IMG/VR virus record: IMGVR_UViG_3300049979_000188
DNA length: 64,000 bases
Strand: one strand, 5' to 3'
Source of the DNA: a virus
How positions within the stretch are numbered: position 1 is the stretch's first letter; every line of letters begins with the position of its first letter. Below are positions 55,822 to 63,672 of the stretch, piece after piece. Below the pieces are notes generated by a model. It was not told the origin of the DNA. It saw only the letters and a program-made list of their open reading frames with translations, and did no database searches. The position numbers were made by a program, and so were the translations under genes.

Positions 55822-56103
55822 GTGAAGAAAAAAGCTGTCGAACTTACTATCACCAGTCAGCACTGGATTTTTCGGGCCAACGATTTGGCCCATAAACAAG
55901 AGCTCTTCGATTTTGCCCTCAGTTGCGGGGTTCCCATGGAGTCGGCTAACTACTTGGCCGCTACGCCTTACCGGGATGACGAAGACATGTATCTCAGCTA
56001 CTGGGAAGGCCTGATGTCGGTTGTCGGCACTCGGGAGGAAGTCAATATTACGGAAGAGCAGTTCCGTACCATGTGCCGCCAGTACGCCACTAAACACGCT
56101 TAA
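55822..56103 (+). CDS. Hypothetical protein (93 aa)
   Basis: GTG ORF in operon. Confidence 0.6.
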   Translation: MKKKAVELTITSQHWIFRANDLAHKQELFDFALSCGVPMESANYLAATPYRDDEDMYLSYWEGLMSVVGTREEVNITEEQFRTMCRQYATKHA

Positions 56104-56117
56104 CCTTTTCTTTTCTC

Positions 56118-56528
56118 ATGACTACGTCCAAAACTCCCACCGAGCGTTTGCTCCAGATTACCCCCGGTACCTTTGCGTTCGGGTCTTACCGGGCTACCGA
56201 CACGTTTATCGAGCGCTTGCGCGAAGAACCCCAAGCGGCCGTCATGCTCTACCGTCCGGGTATGGTAGAAGGGGAGAGCGGCATGCTCATGGCCGTCTGC
56301 GGTGACCTCTCAGACCCGGTTTCTAACCGCGAAGCCGTCTTGTACGCCGCGGCGCCTGAACTCTTCGATGTGGCTGTTAATTTGGTAGATTATTTTGCCG
56401 ACCTGGCTAATGCCCACATCCTGCTCACCAACCCAGTGCTGCGGGAGCTAGTGGCGGCCGCCAAAAAGGCCTCCATGAAGGCTATCATCGACGTGCAGAC
56501 CCCTGAGGAAGCCCTCGCTCGTTTTTAA
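56118..56528 (+). CDS. Hypothetical protein (136 aa)
   Basis: Contains the common phage motif A.LYAAAPEL. Confidence 0.7.
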   Translation: MTTSKTPTERLLQITPGTFAFGSYRATDTFIERLREEPQAAVMLYRPGMVEGESGMLMAVCGDLSDPVSNREAVLYAAAPELFDVAVNLVDYFADLANAHILLTNPVLRELVAAAKKASMKAIIDVQTPEEALARF

Positions 56529-56530
56529 GG

Positions 56531-56564
56531 AAAAGGCCCTCGGTAACGAGGGCCTTTGTTTTTT
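56531..56564 (+). terminator. Intrinsic terminator
   Basis: aaaggccctcg-gtaa-cgagggccttt plus T-run. Confidence 0.85.
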
Positions 56565-56599
56565 CGTAGACTGGGCTTTCTACTCTTTAGTTTCCCTTT

Positions 56600-57244
56600 A
56601 TGGCCATTAGCAAAGGCAATGTTACCGTAGCGCTGCCAGCTTATCTCTATCGTCGCCTCACCCAGTACGACAAGGCCCTTTACCGGCGTATGCTGCCCCT
56701 GGTACTACTGGCCTTGCATCACCCTGCGGGTAGCTACCAGCGCAAGGTACTTGATGCCCTCTGCGATAACAAACTCCAGGTATACCTGGAAGAGCTGGCG
56801 GCGGGCAAAGTACTGACTGGAACAACCACCCACCAGGGTGCCATTACGCTTCGACTCTGGCCCGTGCGGGGAGGTCAAGTAGGCGAGCGTACGTTCGGCA
56901 TTCAAATGAGTGAGGCTAAAGTTAAGGAGGTCGAGGCTCTTAATGGGGAACGTATTCCGCTCTGGTCAGCTACGACTAGTGTTAAGTCCCTTGCCGCCAA
57001 GCCCCTTGCTGCACCAGTAGTTACGTCGGCTAGTACAGCGGCCATGCCGAGCGCCGAATTTCACATCGGCACCAAGGAAGGCCTTTTGCAGCGGGAGGGA
57101 AATCTAGTGGCCCTACCCTTGGCCCAGGCCCGGCAAGTGGCCCAGACCCAGGCTTACCTGGAACAGAGGCCCTATTACCTGTATCAGGTGAAAATGGTAG
57201 AGGTCGAAGTTATCGACCCCGAAAAACTTTTTGAGACCCGTTAG
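56600..57244 (+). CDS. Hypothetical protein (214 aa)
   Basis: ATG after cgTAGACTGG. Confidence 0.7.
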   Translation: MAISKGNVTVALPAYLYRRLTQYDKALYRRMLPLVLLALHHPAGSYQRKVLDALCDNKLQVYLEELAAGKVLTGTTTHQGAITLRLWPVRGGQVGERTFGIQMSEAKVKEVEALNGERIPLWSATTSVKSLAAKPLAAPVVTSASTAAMPSAEFHIGTKEGLLQREGNLVALPLAQARQVAQTQAYLEQRPYYLYQVKMVEVEVIDPEKLFETR

Positions 57245-57247
57245 CCC

Positions 57248-57622
57248 GTGAAGGAAGCCCCCCAATCCACTAGTCGCGGCACGGTCGTCGTGGACAGCAA
57301 AGGCAAGCGAGAAGAGCTCGAAGTAGTCGATTTCCTTAAAGCCAGCTACCGTGATAACCGTCTTATCACAGTAGCTGGCGTCGAGGATGGTTCCTTTGTG
57401 CTGCTGGTGGAAAATCCACCCTCCTCAGGTCGCTCCAACGATAATAAAATGTGGCTTAGCGAAGAGAGCCTGCTCGGGGTTGCGCAAACCATTCTACTCT
57501 ACCTGGGAGCCAAGGGAGAAGACTTGCATGCCCTGGCCCTCAAGAGTGTGGGTAACGCCGATATTCGCTATTCGTATTCCGACAACCTGCACCCGCTTAA
57601 GCCCGATACGACATCTTTATGA
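57248..57622 (+). CDS. Hypothetical protein (124 aa)
   Basis: GTG ORF; stop overlaps the next ATG. Confidence 0.7.
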   Translation: MKEAPQSTSRGTVVVDSKGKREELEVVDFLKASYRDNRLITVAGVEDGSFVLLVENPPSSGRSNDNKMWLSEESLLGVAQTILLYLGAKGEDLHALALKSVGNADIRYSYSDNLHPLKPDTTSL

Positions 57623-57960
57623 TACTGGCCATTATTGGTTCGCGAACCTTTACTGATTATGCGCGCCTGTGTCGGGTACTGGCCAACGTGCGTACCCCCA
57701 TTACGGAGATTGTCAGTGGGGGCGCACCCGGGGCGGACCGGCTCGGGGCAAACTACGCGCGGCGGCAGGGCATTTGGCTGCGTGAGTTGTTCGCTCTTTG
57801 GGACCTTTACGGCAAGAAGGCGGGACATTTGCGTAACAGCGACATCATTGACACGGCCGAAGCAGTGCTTGCTTTTTGGGATGGTATTTCCCCCGGCACC
57901 GAAGACAGTATCAAGAAAGCCCGGGCCCGGGGTATCCCTGTGCACGTTATTAATTTTTGA
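57619..57960 (+). CDS. SLOG superfamily protein (DUF2493/YspA-like)
   Basis: IIGSRTF.DY, IVSGGAPGAD.LG, YGKKAG.LRN, AFWDG.S.GT. Confidence 0.85.
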   Translation: MILAIIGSRTFTDYARLCRVLANVRTPITEIVSGGAPGADRLGANYARRQGIWLRELFALWDLYGKKAGHLRNSDIIDTAEAVLAFWDGISPGTEDSIKKARARGIPVHVINF

Positions 57961-57962
57961 GG

Positions 57963-58005
57963 TATTTAGCGGGAAAGCGAAGTTGGCTATTTTTACGTAA
58001 ATTTG
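57963..58005 (+). promoter_or_regulatory. TATTTAG (57963) and TAAATTTG (57998) motifs
   Basis: Both classes in one intergenic region. Confidence 0.55.
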
Positions 58006-58026
58006 CCATAGCTTTGTTTACTCGCC

Positions 58027-58407
58027 ATGGATATTCTCGATTTTTACCGCAATAAGTTAACTTCGCCTGAGTTTGAGCGTACCAGCTCGGCAAAAGGGTG
58101 GCATCGCTTTACTGACCAAGCGGTTGGCTTGGTCCCTGGATGCTGTTATATGGCGTTGGCTTTATGCGAATTAACGGGAGAAATTCTCAAAGGGGGCGGG
58201 ATTTACGAACCCCACGCCCGGTGGGTTCATACGGACTTAGATACGGGAGAACCCCGCAAAAAAGCCGGTACGGGCTGGTCCTTTTTAGACAATGGTCTCG
58301 GGGTAGTTTTATCCGACAAGCAGGTCTTTTATTATAAGCCGGTACCGGAATCATTCCAAGCGCAACAATTTAAATACGAATGGCTCACCTTTGCTCCTCG
58401 TTCCTGA
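58027..58407 (+). CDS. Hypothetical protein (126 aa)
   Basis: ATG after promoter. Confidence 0.7.
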   Translation: MDILDFYRNKLTSPEFERTSSAKGWHRFTDQAVGLVPGCCYMALALCELTGEILKGGGIYEPHARWVHTDLDTGEPRKKAGTGWSFLDNGLGVVLSDKQVFYYKPVPESFQAQQFKYEWLTFAPRS

Positions 58408-58586
58408 TGGCTGACAGGCTCCTCGATTACGAGCAGCTACCAGTTGAGTGTCAAGCGCAATTAGTTGCCTTAGGGGTCAATCCGCCCTATTTAGTTACCT
58501 TATCACTGGGTCGGCAGGAGACGCTTGCCGAGACGGCCCAGTGGCTGGTGTGTCGTTACGCTGAAATGCTTACCCCCACAACTTGA
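58407..58586 (+). CDS. Hypothetical protein (59 aa)
   Basis: TGATG coupling. Confidence 0.55.
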   Translation: MADRLLDYEQLPVECQAQLVALGVNPPYLVTLSLGRQETLAETAQWLVCRYAEMLTPTT

Positions 58587-58589
58587 CTT

Positions 58590-59054
58590 ATGCAACTGGT
58601 TTCATTTGGCTACCTCTTTAATCGACTTCGTAGTTCCCCGGTCTGGGTACGCTTTGTCTTCTACTGGCTGCTGAAGTTTATTTTCGTCTGCCTGCTGGTT
58701 AACATGAGCAGCGTACTGGTTAATTACTTGTACGGTTTCAAGTTTTTTTCTGCGCACAGTATCCTGTTCCCAGGTTTCCCGCCCGGGCCGTTAACTAATT
58801 GGACAGATGTGGGCCTGCTGCTGGCCGCCCGCGGCGCCGTCGGTCTGCTACTGGCCTTGGCCAGTTACTGGGTGCTGCGCCTGCTCGACGCCGATTACCT
58901 TTTTGGGTTACTTGGCGCCTGCGCCTACCACCGCCAGCCTGCTCAGCGCCGTCATTGGCGGCAGGACCTGGCTACCACCTGCGTCGTAGTGCTTGTGTTT
59001 CGGGCCTGCTGGGACGTGCTACTCTACCTCGGGGCCTACGGGCTTACCGGTTAA
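58590..59054 (+). CDS. Membrane protein, about 3 TM segments
   Basis: Three hydrophobic helices. Confidence 0.65.
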   Translation: MQLVSFGYLFNRLRSSPVWVRFVFYWLLKFIFVCLLVNMSSVLVNYLYGFKFFSAHSILFPGFPPGPLTNWTDVGLLLAARGAVGLLLALASYWVLRLLDADYLFGLLGACAYHRQPAQRRHWRQDLATTCVVVLVFRACWDVLLYLGAYGLTG

Positions 59055-59066
59055 GCTACTATTCAA

Positions 59067-60128
59067 ATGTCCACGCTACTCCCCGACCCCATTGCCCTAC
59101 TACGGGCCTCTGAGCCAGCAGCGGCAATTAGCTACAGCGCCTTGGTACTCGACCAGGCAAGCAGGGTAACGTTAGGTAAGCTTTGGGAGGAGTTGCCGGT
59201 CAGTTTTTCGGCTATCATTGAGCAGCCTGCTCAGTGGCGACTGGCGGCTGACCACGTCACACTGGTCCTTGGCCCGCTGCCAGTAGGTAGTGCCTTGGCC
59301 CGCTTAAAAGGGCAGCGCCAGATTATTCACGCCGATGCCATTGGCTTTAACGCCGCTAACACCGTTGTGGCCCTGCGCGTCCAAGACGTGGCGCGTCCTG
59401 ATGGCAAGCAGGCGCACCTTACGCTGGCCGTCAAAGGCAGTACCCCGCCAGCCGAAAGCAATACCATACAGCACTGGCAGCCGCTGCCCGCTTCTTTACG
59501 CTTACAAGGCACACTAGCTGAAGTTCCGTCTACCCATGAGTTACCGGACCCGACTGCCGGGGTTACGCACCTCTGCTTTTTAGACTTTGACGGGACCCTG
59601 GTCGATACACCGGAGCCTGAGGCGGGCAAGGCCGCTTGGGCTACTCGCTACGGACAACCCTACCCCACCGAAGGATGGTGGGGGCGAGCCGAAAGTCTGG
59701 ACCCGGCTATTTGGCCCATGAAACGTGTCTACCAGGGCTATCAGCTCTACCGCCAGCAGCGCGCACTGCCCCATACTAAACTCGTGCTGCTTACCAACCG
59801 CGTGCAGAAGCTGGCCGCGCCCGTTAAGCACTTGCTCGATAAGCACGGCTACCGGCTTGATGCGCTTACGTTTCGCCAGGGCAGTGAAGATAAAGCTACG
59901 CGCATTGCCCACTGGCTACGGGCCATGCCCGAGGTGAGCAGCGTCCTCGTGGCCGACGATATGCCGGCTTACCTGGCTCCGATTGAGGCCATGCGGCCGC
60001 AGTTTCCCCACGTCACCATCCAGACGGTGCTCATCGACCGAACGTACGCTCACCCCGGTGCCACTGCCATACCAGCCCCGCTGCAGGAAGCCCTGCGGCA
60101 AGTAGGCCGCCTTTTAGGAACTCCTTAA
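59067..60128 (+). CDS. 2H phosphoesterase-HAD phosphatase fusion (RNA end-healing)
   Basis: DHVTL and HLTL (paired HxT); LDFDGTL, GWWGR.ESLD, LLTNR, VADD. Confidence 0.8.
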   Translation: MSTLLPDPIALLRASEPAAAISYSALVLDQASRVTLGKLWEELPVSFSAIIEQPAQWRLAADHVTLVLGPLPVGSALARLKGQRQIIHADAIGFNAANTVVALRVQDVARPDGKQAHLTLAVKGSTPPAESNTIQHWQPLPASLRLQGTLAEVPSTHELPDPTAGVTHLCFLDFDGTLVDTPEPEAGKAAWATRYGQPYPTEGWWGRAESLDPAIWPMKRVYQGYQLYRQQRALPHTKLVLLTNRVQKLAAPVKHLLDKHGYRLDALTFRQGSEDKATRIAHWLRAMPEVSSVLVADDMPAYLAPIEAMRPQFPHVTIQTVLIDRTYAHPGATAIPAPLQEALRQVGRLLGTP

Positions 60129-60139
60129 CCAACTTCCCC

Positions 60140-60394
60140 ATGCCCACGCATTTTCTTCTACTGCAGGCCCTACTCAGTGTCTGCCTTTACGTACTGGTGG
60201 GGGGCTTGCTCACGTACGTTTTTTTCGGCGATTTCTGCCGGCGTCGCGACCAGTGCGCGGACGACTATATCCGCAGCTTTACCAGCGGACAGGAACAGAG
60301 AATACTGCTGGTTGATTATTTCTGGGTAGTCAGGCTTTATTTCTACACGATGGTCGTGCTCTACTGGCCTCTGACGCTGCGACGCTGGCTTTAA
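60140..60394 (+). CDS. Small membrane protein
   Basis: Two hydrophobic segments. Confidence 0.6.
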   Translation: MPTHFLLLQALLSVCLYVLVGGLLTYVFFGDFCRRRDQCADDYIRSFTSGQEQRILLVDYFWVVRLYFYTMVVLYWPLTLRRWL

Positions 60395-61065
60395 CGCCGG
60401 CGAACGGGACGCGGGTCCCGCTGCTTGATGTGCCTGCCCTTTTGACGAGGGGCAGGCGCTTCTGTTTGTGGGCGTAGCGTTCTAGTAGGCGCTGGTACGG
60501 GAGCCGGGGCCGGGGGTGCGGGCGGCAGGGTAACGGGTGTTGTGGCCTCGCCGCCGCGGTTGGCAAAGGTGGTGCGCGAGCACCCGTACAAGTATTTTTG
60601 CGTCAGGTTATGGGTAATACGCGCTAAAATAAACGTGTCCGCCGGGTGGGTGTGTACAACGGGGGCAAGTCGCTTTACGTCCACCTGGCCGCTGCTGCTT
60701 ACCCAGACAAGTCCGGCATAAGCCGGCAGGTCAGCCGGGTAGAGCAAGCCCGGGGGGCAGGCGTAGGTGAAGAAGGAGCAGCATAAGAACAGGTGCTGTA
60801 GCTGCTTGCCACGCCGGCGTGCTACCAGGCCCTGGCCGGCATCAAGGCAGGTATGCTTGAAGGTCTTTTTTCCGTCAGCTTTAAAGTCAGCCCGCGTGAG
60901 CTTAATTTCCCATTCGCAGAGGTAGCCTTTTGGGTCAACCGAGATAAGGTCACACTCGGGCAGGGTCGTTGTTTGGAAATTGCCGCAAATATGACTGTGG
61001 CCCTGGTCAAATAAATGACGCCCCAGCAGCTGTTGCATGGTGGCCTCGTTGAGGAGATGACTCAT
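60391..61065 (-). CDS. MmcB-like PD-(D/E)XK nuclease
   Basis: ECDLI...EWEIKLTRADFKAD.KK...FTYACP.GL...LP.YAGL. Confidence 0.7.
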   Translation of the reverse strand: MSHLLNEATMQQLLGRHLFDQGHSHICGNFQTTTLPECDLISVDPKGYLCEWEIKLTRADFKADGKKTFKHTCLDAGQGLVARRRGKQLQHLFLCCSFFTYACPPGLLYPADLPAYAGLVWVSSSGQVDVKRLAPVVHTHPADTFILARITHNLTQKYLYGCSRTTFANRGGEATTPVTLPPAPPAPAPVPAPTRTLRPQTEAPAPRQKGRHIKQRDPRPVRRR

Positions 61066-61071
61066 GTGGTC

Positions 61072-61078
61072 TATTTAG
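61072..61078 (+). promoter_or_regulatory. TATTTAG motif
   Basis: Upstream of the IPT/TIG gene. Confidence 0.6.
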
Positions 61079-61112
61079 CTTTGTTCAGTACTTCACTCAT
61101 CTTTTTTCTCCG

Positions 61113-61892
61113 ATGCCTAACACTAGTATCCCCCTTCCGCACGTCACGCTGCTGCGGCACATCGCCAAAACAGTTGTTTTTGACATGGACTCCTTGCAAA
61201 AGGAGGATAGTTTGGTAATTTTAGTCAATAAGCTCAGCCAACTTGGGTTGATTCGGCAAATAAATTTGCTCGGCTATGCGTACGTGCAAATCACCGAGCT
61301 TGGTGTCCACGAACTCTTCGTTCTTGATACGCTGGGTCAGCTCAATTCCACCAATGATATTGGGACCGAGGGCTTAACCCGCATTCAGCATAACCTTAAA
61401 TACCCTCTTCTTACCAGCATGAGCCCTATCTCGGCTCGGGAGGGGGAGACGGTACATCTTTACGGCGTAAACTTAAGCGAAGTGCAGATGGTACTCATTG
61501 GCGGCAAACTCACCTACTTCACCATTGAGTCTCCCACCCACATTAGCTTTGAGCTTGCCCCTGGCTATGAGACTGGGCGGGTTAGCGTGGCCGTACCGGG
61601 TACTGGTGTGGCGGCGACTACCGATAGCCTAACGGTATTAGCCCCGGCTTCTTACGCGGTGAGCGGCGTGCAGTATGAAGCCCTGAGCAACAATGCCCTC
61701 GACAAGTATGTGGCTAAAGTAGTTTTTTCGCCGCCTGTTCCTGCTCCTTACTTGGGGTATCAGGATTTCTCCGGTTCCGGTAAGGCCCCCGCTCCCATTC
61801 AGGTTGGTATGACGTACGAGCAGCTGCAACTAGCTGGTTGGATGCCCACCCTAATTAACGAAGAAGACTACCGTATTACGCGTACCTTCTAA
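61113..61892 (+). CDS. IPT/TIG (Ig-like) domain protein, probable virion decoration
   Basis: LTSMSPISAREGETVHLYGVNL...V.IGG...F...SPT.I...P. Confidence 0.65.
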   Translation: MPNTSIPLPHVTLLRHIAKTVVFDMDSLQKEDSLVILVNKLSQLGLIRQINLLGYAYVQITELGVHELFVLDTLGQLNSTNDIGTEGLTRIQHNLKYPLLTSMSPISAREGETVHLYGVNLSEVQMVLIGGKLTYFTIESPTHISFELAPGYETGRVSVAVPGTGVAATTDSLTVLAPASYAVSGVQYEALSNNALDKYVAKVVFSPPVPAPYLGYQDFSGSGKAPAPIQVGMTYEQLQLAGWMPTLINEEDYRITRTF

Positions 61893-61893
61893 C

Positions 61894-61931
61894 AAAAAAC
61901 CCCTCTCTGGTCGACCAGAGAGGGGTTTTTT
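61894..61931. terminator. Bidirectional intrinsic terminator
   Basis: aaaaaacccctctctgg-tcga-ccagagaggggtttttt. Confidence 0.9.
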
Positions 61932-61941
61932 GTGGTGTTAC

Positions 61942-62277
61942 TTAGTCAATGTCTTTCCAAACCAGGGTGCCTTGCCCGTTATCGACCGTACGGGCAATCA
62001 TTTCTCCGTCGGCGAATAAGAGAATGCCGGTAAAAGAATGACGGCCGAACTCGTAGATTAAAACATACGCTGGTTGCTGCTGCCACGTGTCAACTAGCTC
62101 GCTGACTGTGTAATAAGGATAGTTGGTCAAGGCCCACAATTTAAGGGCCTCTATGTCTGGAAACCCAAGTAGACCATTTGAGCTCGAACTATCACATACA
62201 GGACAATCGTGGTAAAAGCGGGTAGCCGCGACGTACCGATTCTGGGCCGCTATTGCCGGAACTGATGTAGTGTCCAT
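61942..62277 (-). CDS. Hypothetical protein (111 aa) with CxxC
   Basis: ATG ORF downstream of the RNA ligase gene. Confidence 0.65.
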   Translation of the reverse strand: MDTTSVPAIAAQNRYVAATRFYHDCPVCDSSSSNGLLGFPDIEALKLWALTNYPYYTVSELVDTWQQQPAYVLIYEFGRHSFTGILLFADGEMIARTVDNGQGTLVWKDID

Positions 62278-62282
62278 CGCAC

Positions 62283-63212
62283 TTACGAACCTTTGGGCGT
62301 TTTGCCGCGCAAGGTGCGCTGGTAGTCTTCGTAGCGCACCTTGACCCGTATCTCTCGGTCGGCCGAGGCCAGAACCAAGCCTTCCGGTTGGCCTTTAGCA
62401 TCTGGGTGCAAGGTGGCCAGGCTATGGGGAATACTTGTGGTCAAGAAAGCCAGTACGTCCTCGTGCGTAAGCCCGGGGAAGAAATCGGCCGGCGTAGCGA
62501 TGATTTCGGGTACTAGTTCGATACCCCTTAATTGGGCGAAAGCCAGTAGCTTTTCTCGGTTGAGAAAGGGTTGGCCGTAGCAAAGCCCCCCCTCGGGATT
62601 CGTGCTTTCGCGCCAGAGGCTGATGTCCTCGGGCGTGCGGTGGAGTAGCTCATCGAGTGACCAGGCGGAATCGTAGACGGCTACGTCGAAGAGGCGGAAA
62701 CCAAATTGGTCAGTGCCATATTGCTTGTGGTCGTTGATGCGTCCCCCGTAAATCTCGCCGTAGAGCACGGTGAGTGGGGCAAAAGGGTAACGGGGCGGAT
62801 GTTGCAGGTCACTGCCTACGGTCGCACGCAAATAGCCCACTCTCGCCTTGTTGTCATTCTGCAAACTGGTGGTATGGTCAAAAGGTAACCAGTGCGCCAG
62901 CAAGCCTTTGACAATACCGTTACTCGGGTCAAAGAGAAAGTCGCCCCCCAGGTGCAAAAATGCTCCGCGGTCGCCTATCAGGTAAGACCCGTCGGCAAAG
63001 ACAAGGATGCGGGTGTTGGTGCCGTGGATTTTCTCCGTTCCGTAGAGTGGCGTTTGCCCGACGGCTGGCGTGGTAAAGGTGTCGAGTAGTCGGCCCTTCT
63101 CACCCAGTTCGTGGAGCGTGAGAATAGAGGGATATTTGGTAAGACTGTTGAGGTGGCCCAGACCGTAGTGCTCGGCGTAGGAGCGGGCTATGTTTTGGCT
63201 ATCTTCGAACAT
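62283..63212 (-). CDS. ATP-dependent RNA ligase, Rnl2-like
   Basis: TEKIHGTN (I), YGEIYG (III), FRLFDV (IIIa), EGLVL (IV), RVKV (V). Confidence 0.8.
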   Translation of the reverse strand: MFEDSQNIARSYAEHYGLGHLNSLTKYPSILTLHELGEKGRLLDTFTTPAVGQTPLYGTEKIHGTNTRILVFADGSYLIGDRGAFLHLGGDFLFDPSNGIVKGLLAHWLPFDHTTSLQNDNKARVGYLRATVGSDLQHPPRYPFAPLTVLYGEIYGGRINDHKQYGTDQFGFRLFDVAVYDSAWSLDELLHRTPEDISLWRESTNPEGGLCYGQPFLNREKLLAFAQLRGIELVPEIIATPADFFPGLTHEDVLAFLTTSIPHSLATLHPDAKGQPEGLVLASADREIRVKVRYEDYQRTLRGKTPKGS

Positions 63213-63234
63213 GAGCAGGGGAAAGGTAAAACAA

Positions 63235-63270
63235 CAAAAGAGGGAGCGCCTATTCGGACCCCCTCTTTTG
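63235..63270 (-). terminator. Hairpin with T-run on minus strand
   Basis: caaaagaggg...ccctcttttg between co-oriented genes. Confidence 0.55.
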
Positions 63271-63278
63271 GGTTAGTA

Positions 63279-63656
63279 TTAGAGCTTGCCGAGTTCTTCG
63301 CGCAGCTCGTTCAGGCTTTTGCCTTCGAGTTCGGCATCGGTTTTGCGGGCCATGATGTCGAGAATATGCTTGCGCCGCTTCTCTTTGTCGGCCGCTGATT
63401 TACGCGCAATATCTTCCTCGTGCTTGACCTTGCCCACGTGCACGACCAGCTCAAAGGCGAGCTTGGAATCCGCATCTTCGGGCGGTTTTACGCCGAAGTA
63501 GTTGGTGGAAGTGCTGGCTTGTACGCGTTTGTCGAGCGTTTCGGCCAACGCCTGGAGCTCCGGGAGTTTAAGCGCCCACAGGTCCTCGACGGAAACGAGG
63601 CCTTTGGAGGTTGCGAAGCGCATTTTACGCCGTGAGGCCTCTTCAAAAATGTTCAT
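63279..63656 (-). CDS. Conserved phage hypothetical protein (125 aa)
   Basis: IFEEASRRKMRF...G..SVEDLW.L pattern recalled from other phages. Confidence 0.7.
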   Translation of the reverse strand: MNIFEEASRRKMRFATSKGLVSVEDLWALKLPELQALAETLDKRVQASTSTNYFGVKPPEDADSKLAFELVVHVGKVKHEEDIARKSAADKEKRRKHILDIMARKTDAELEGKSLNELREELGKL

Positions 63657-63672
63657 GGTGGTGAAAAAAAAG

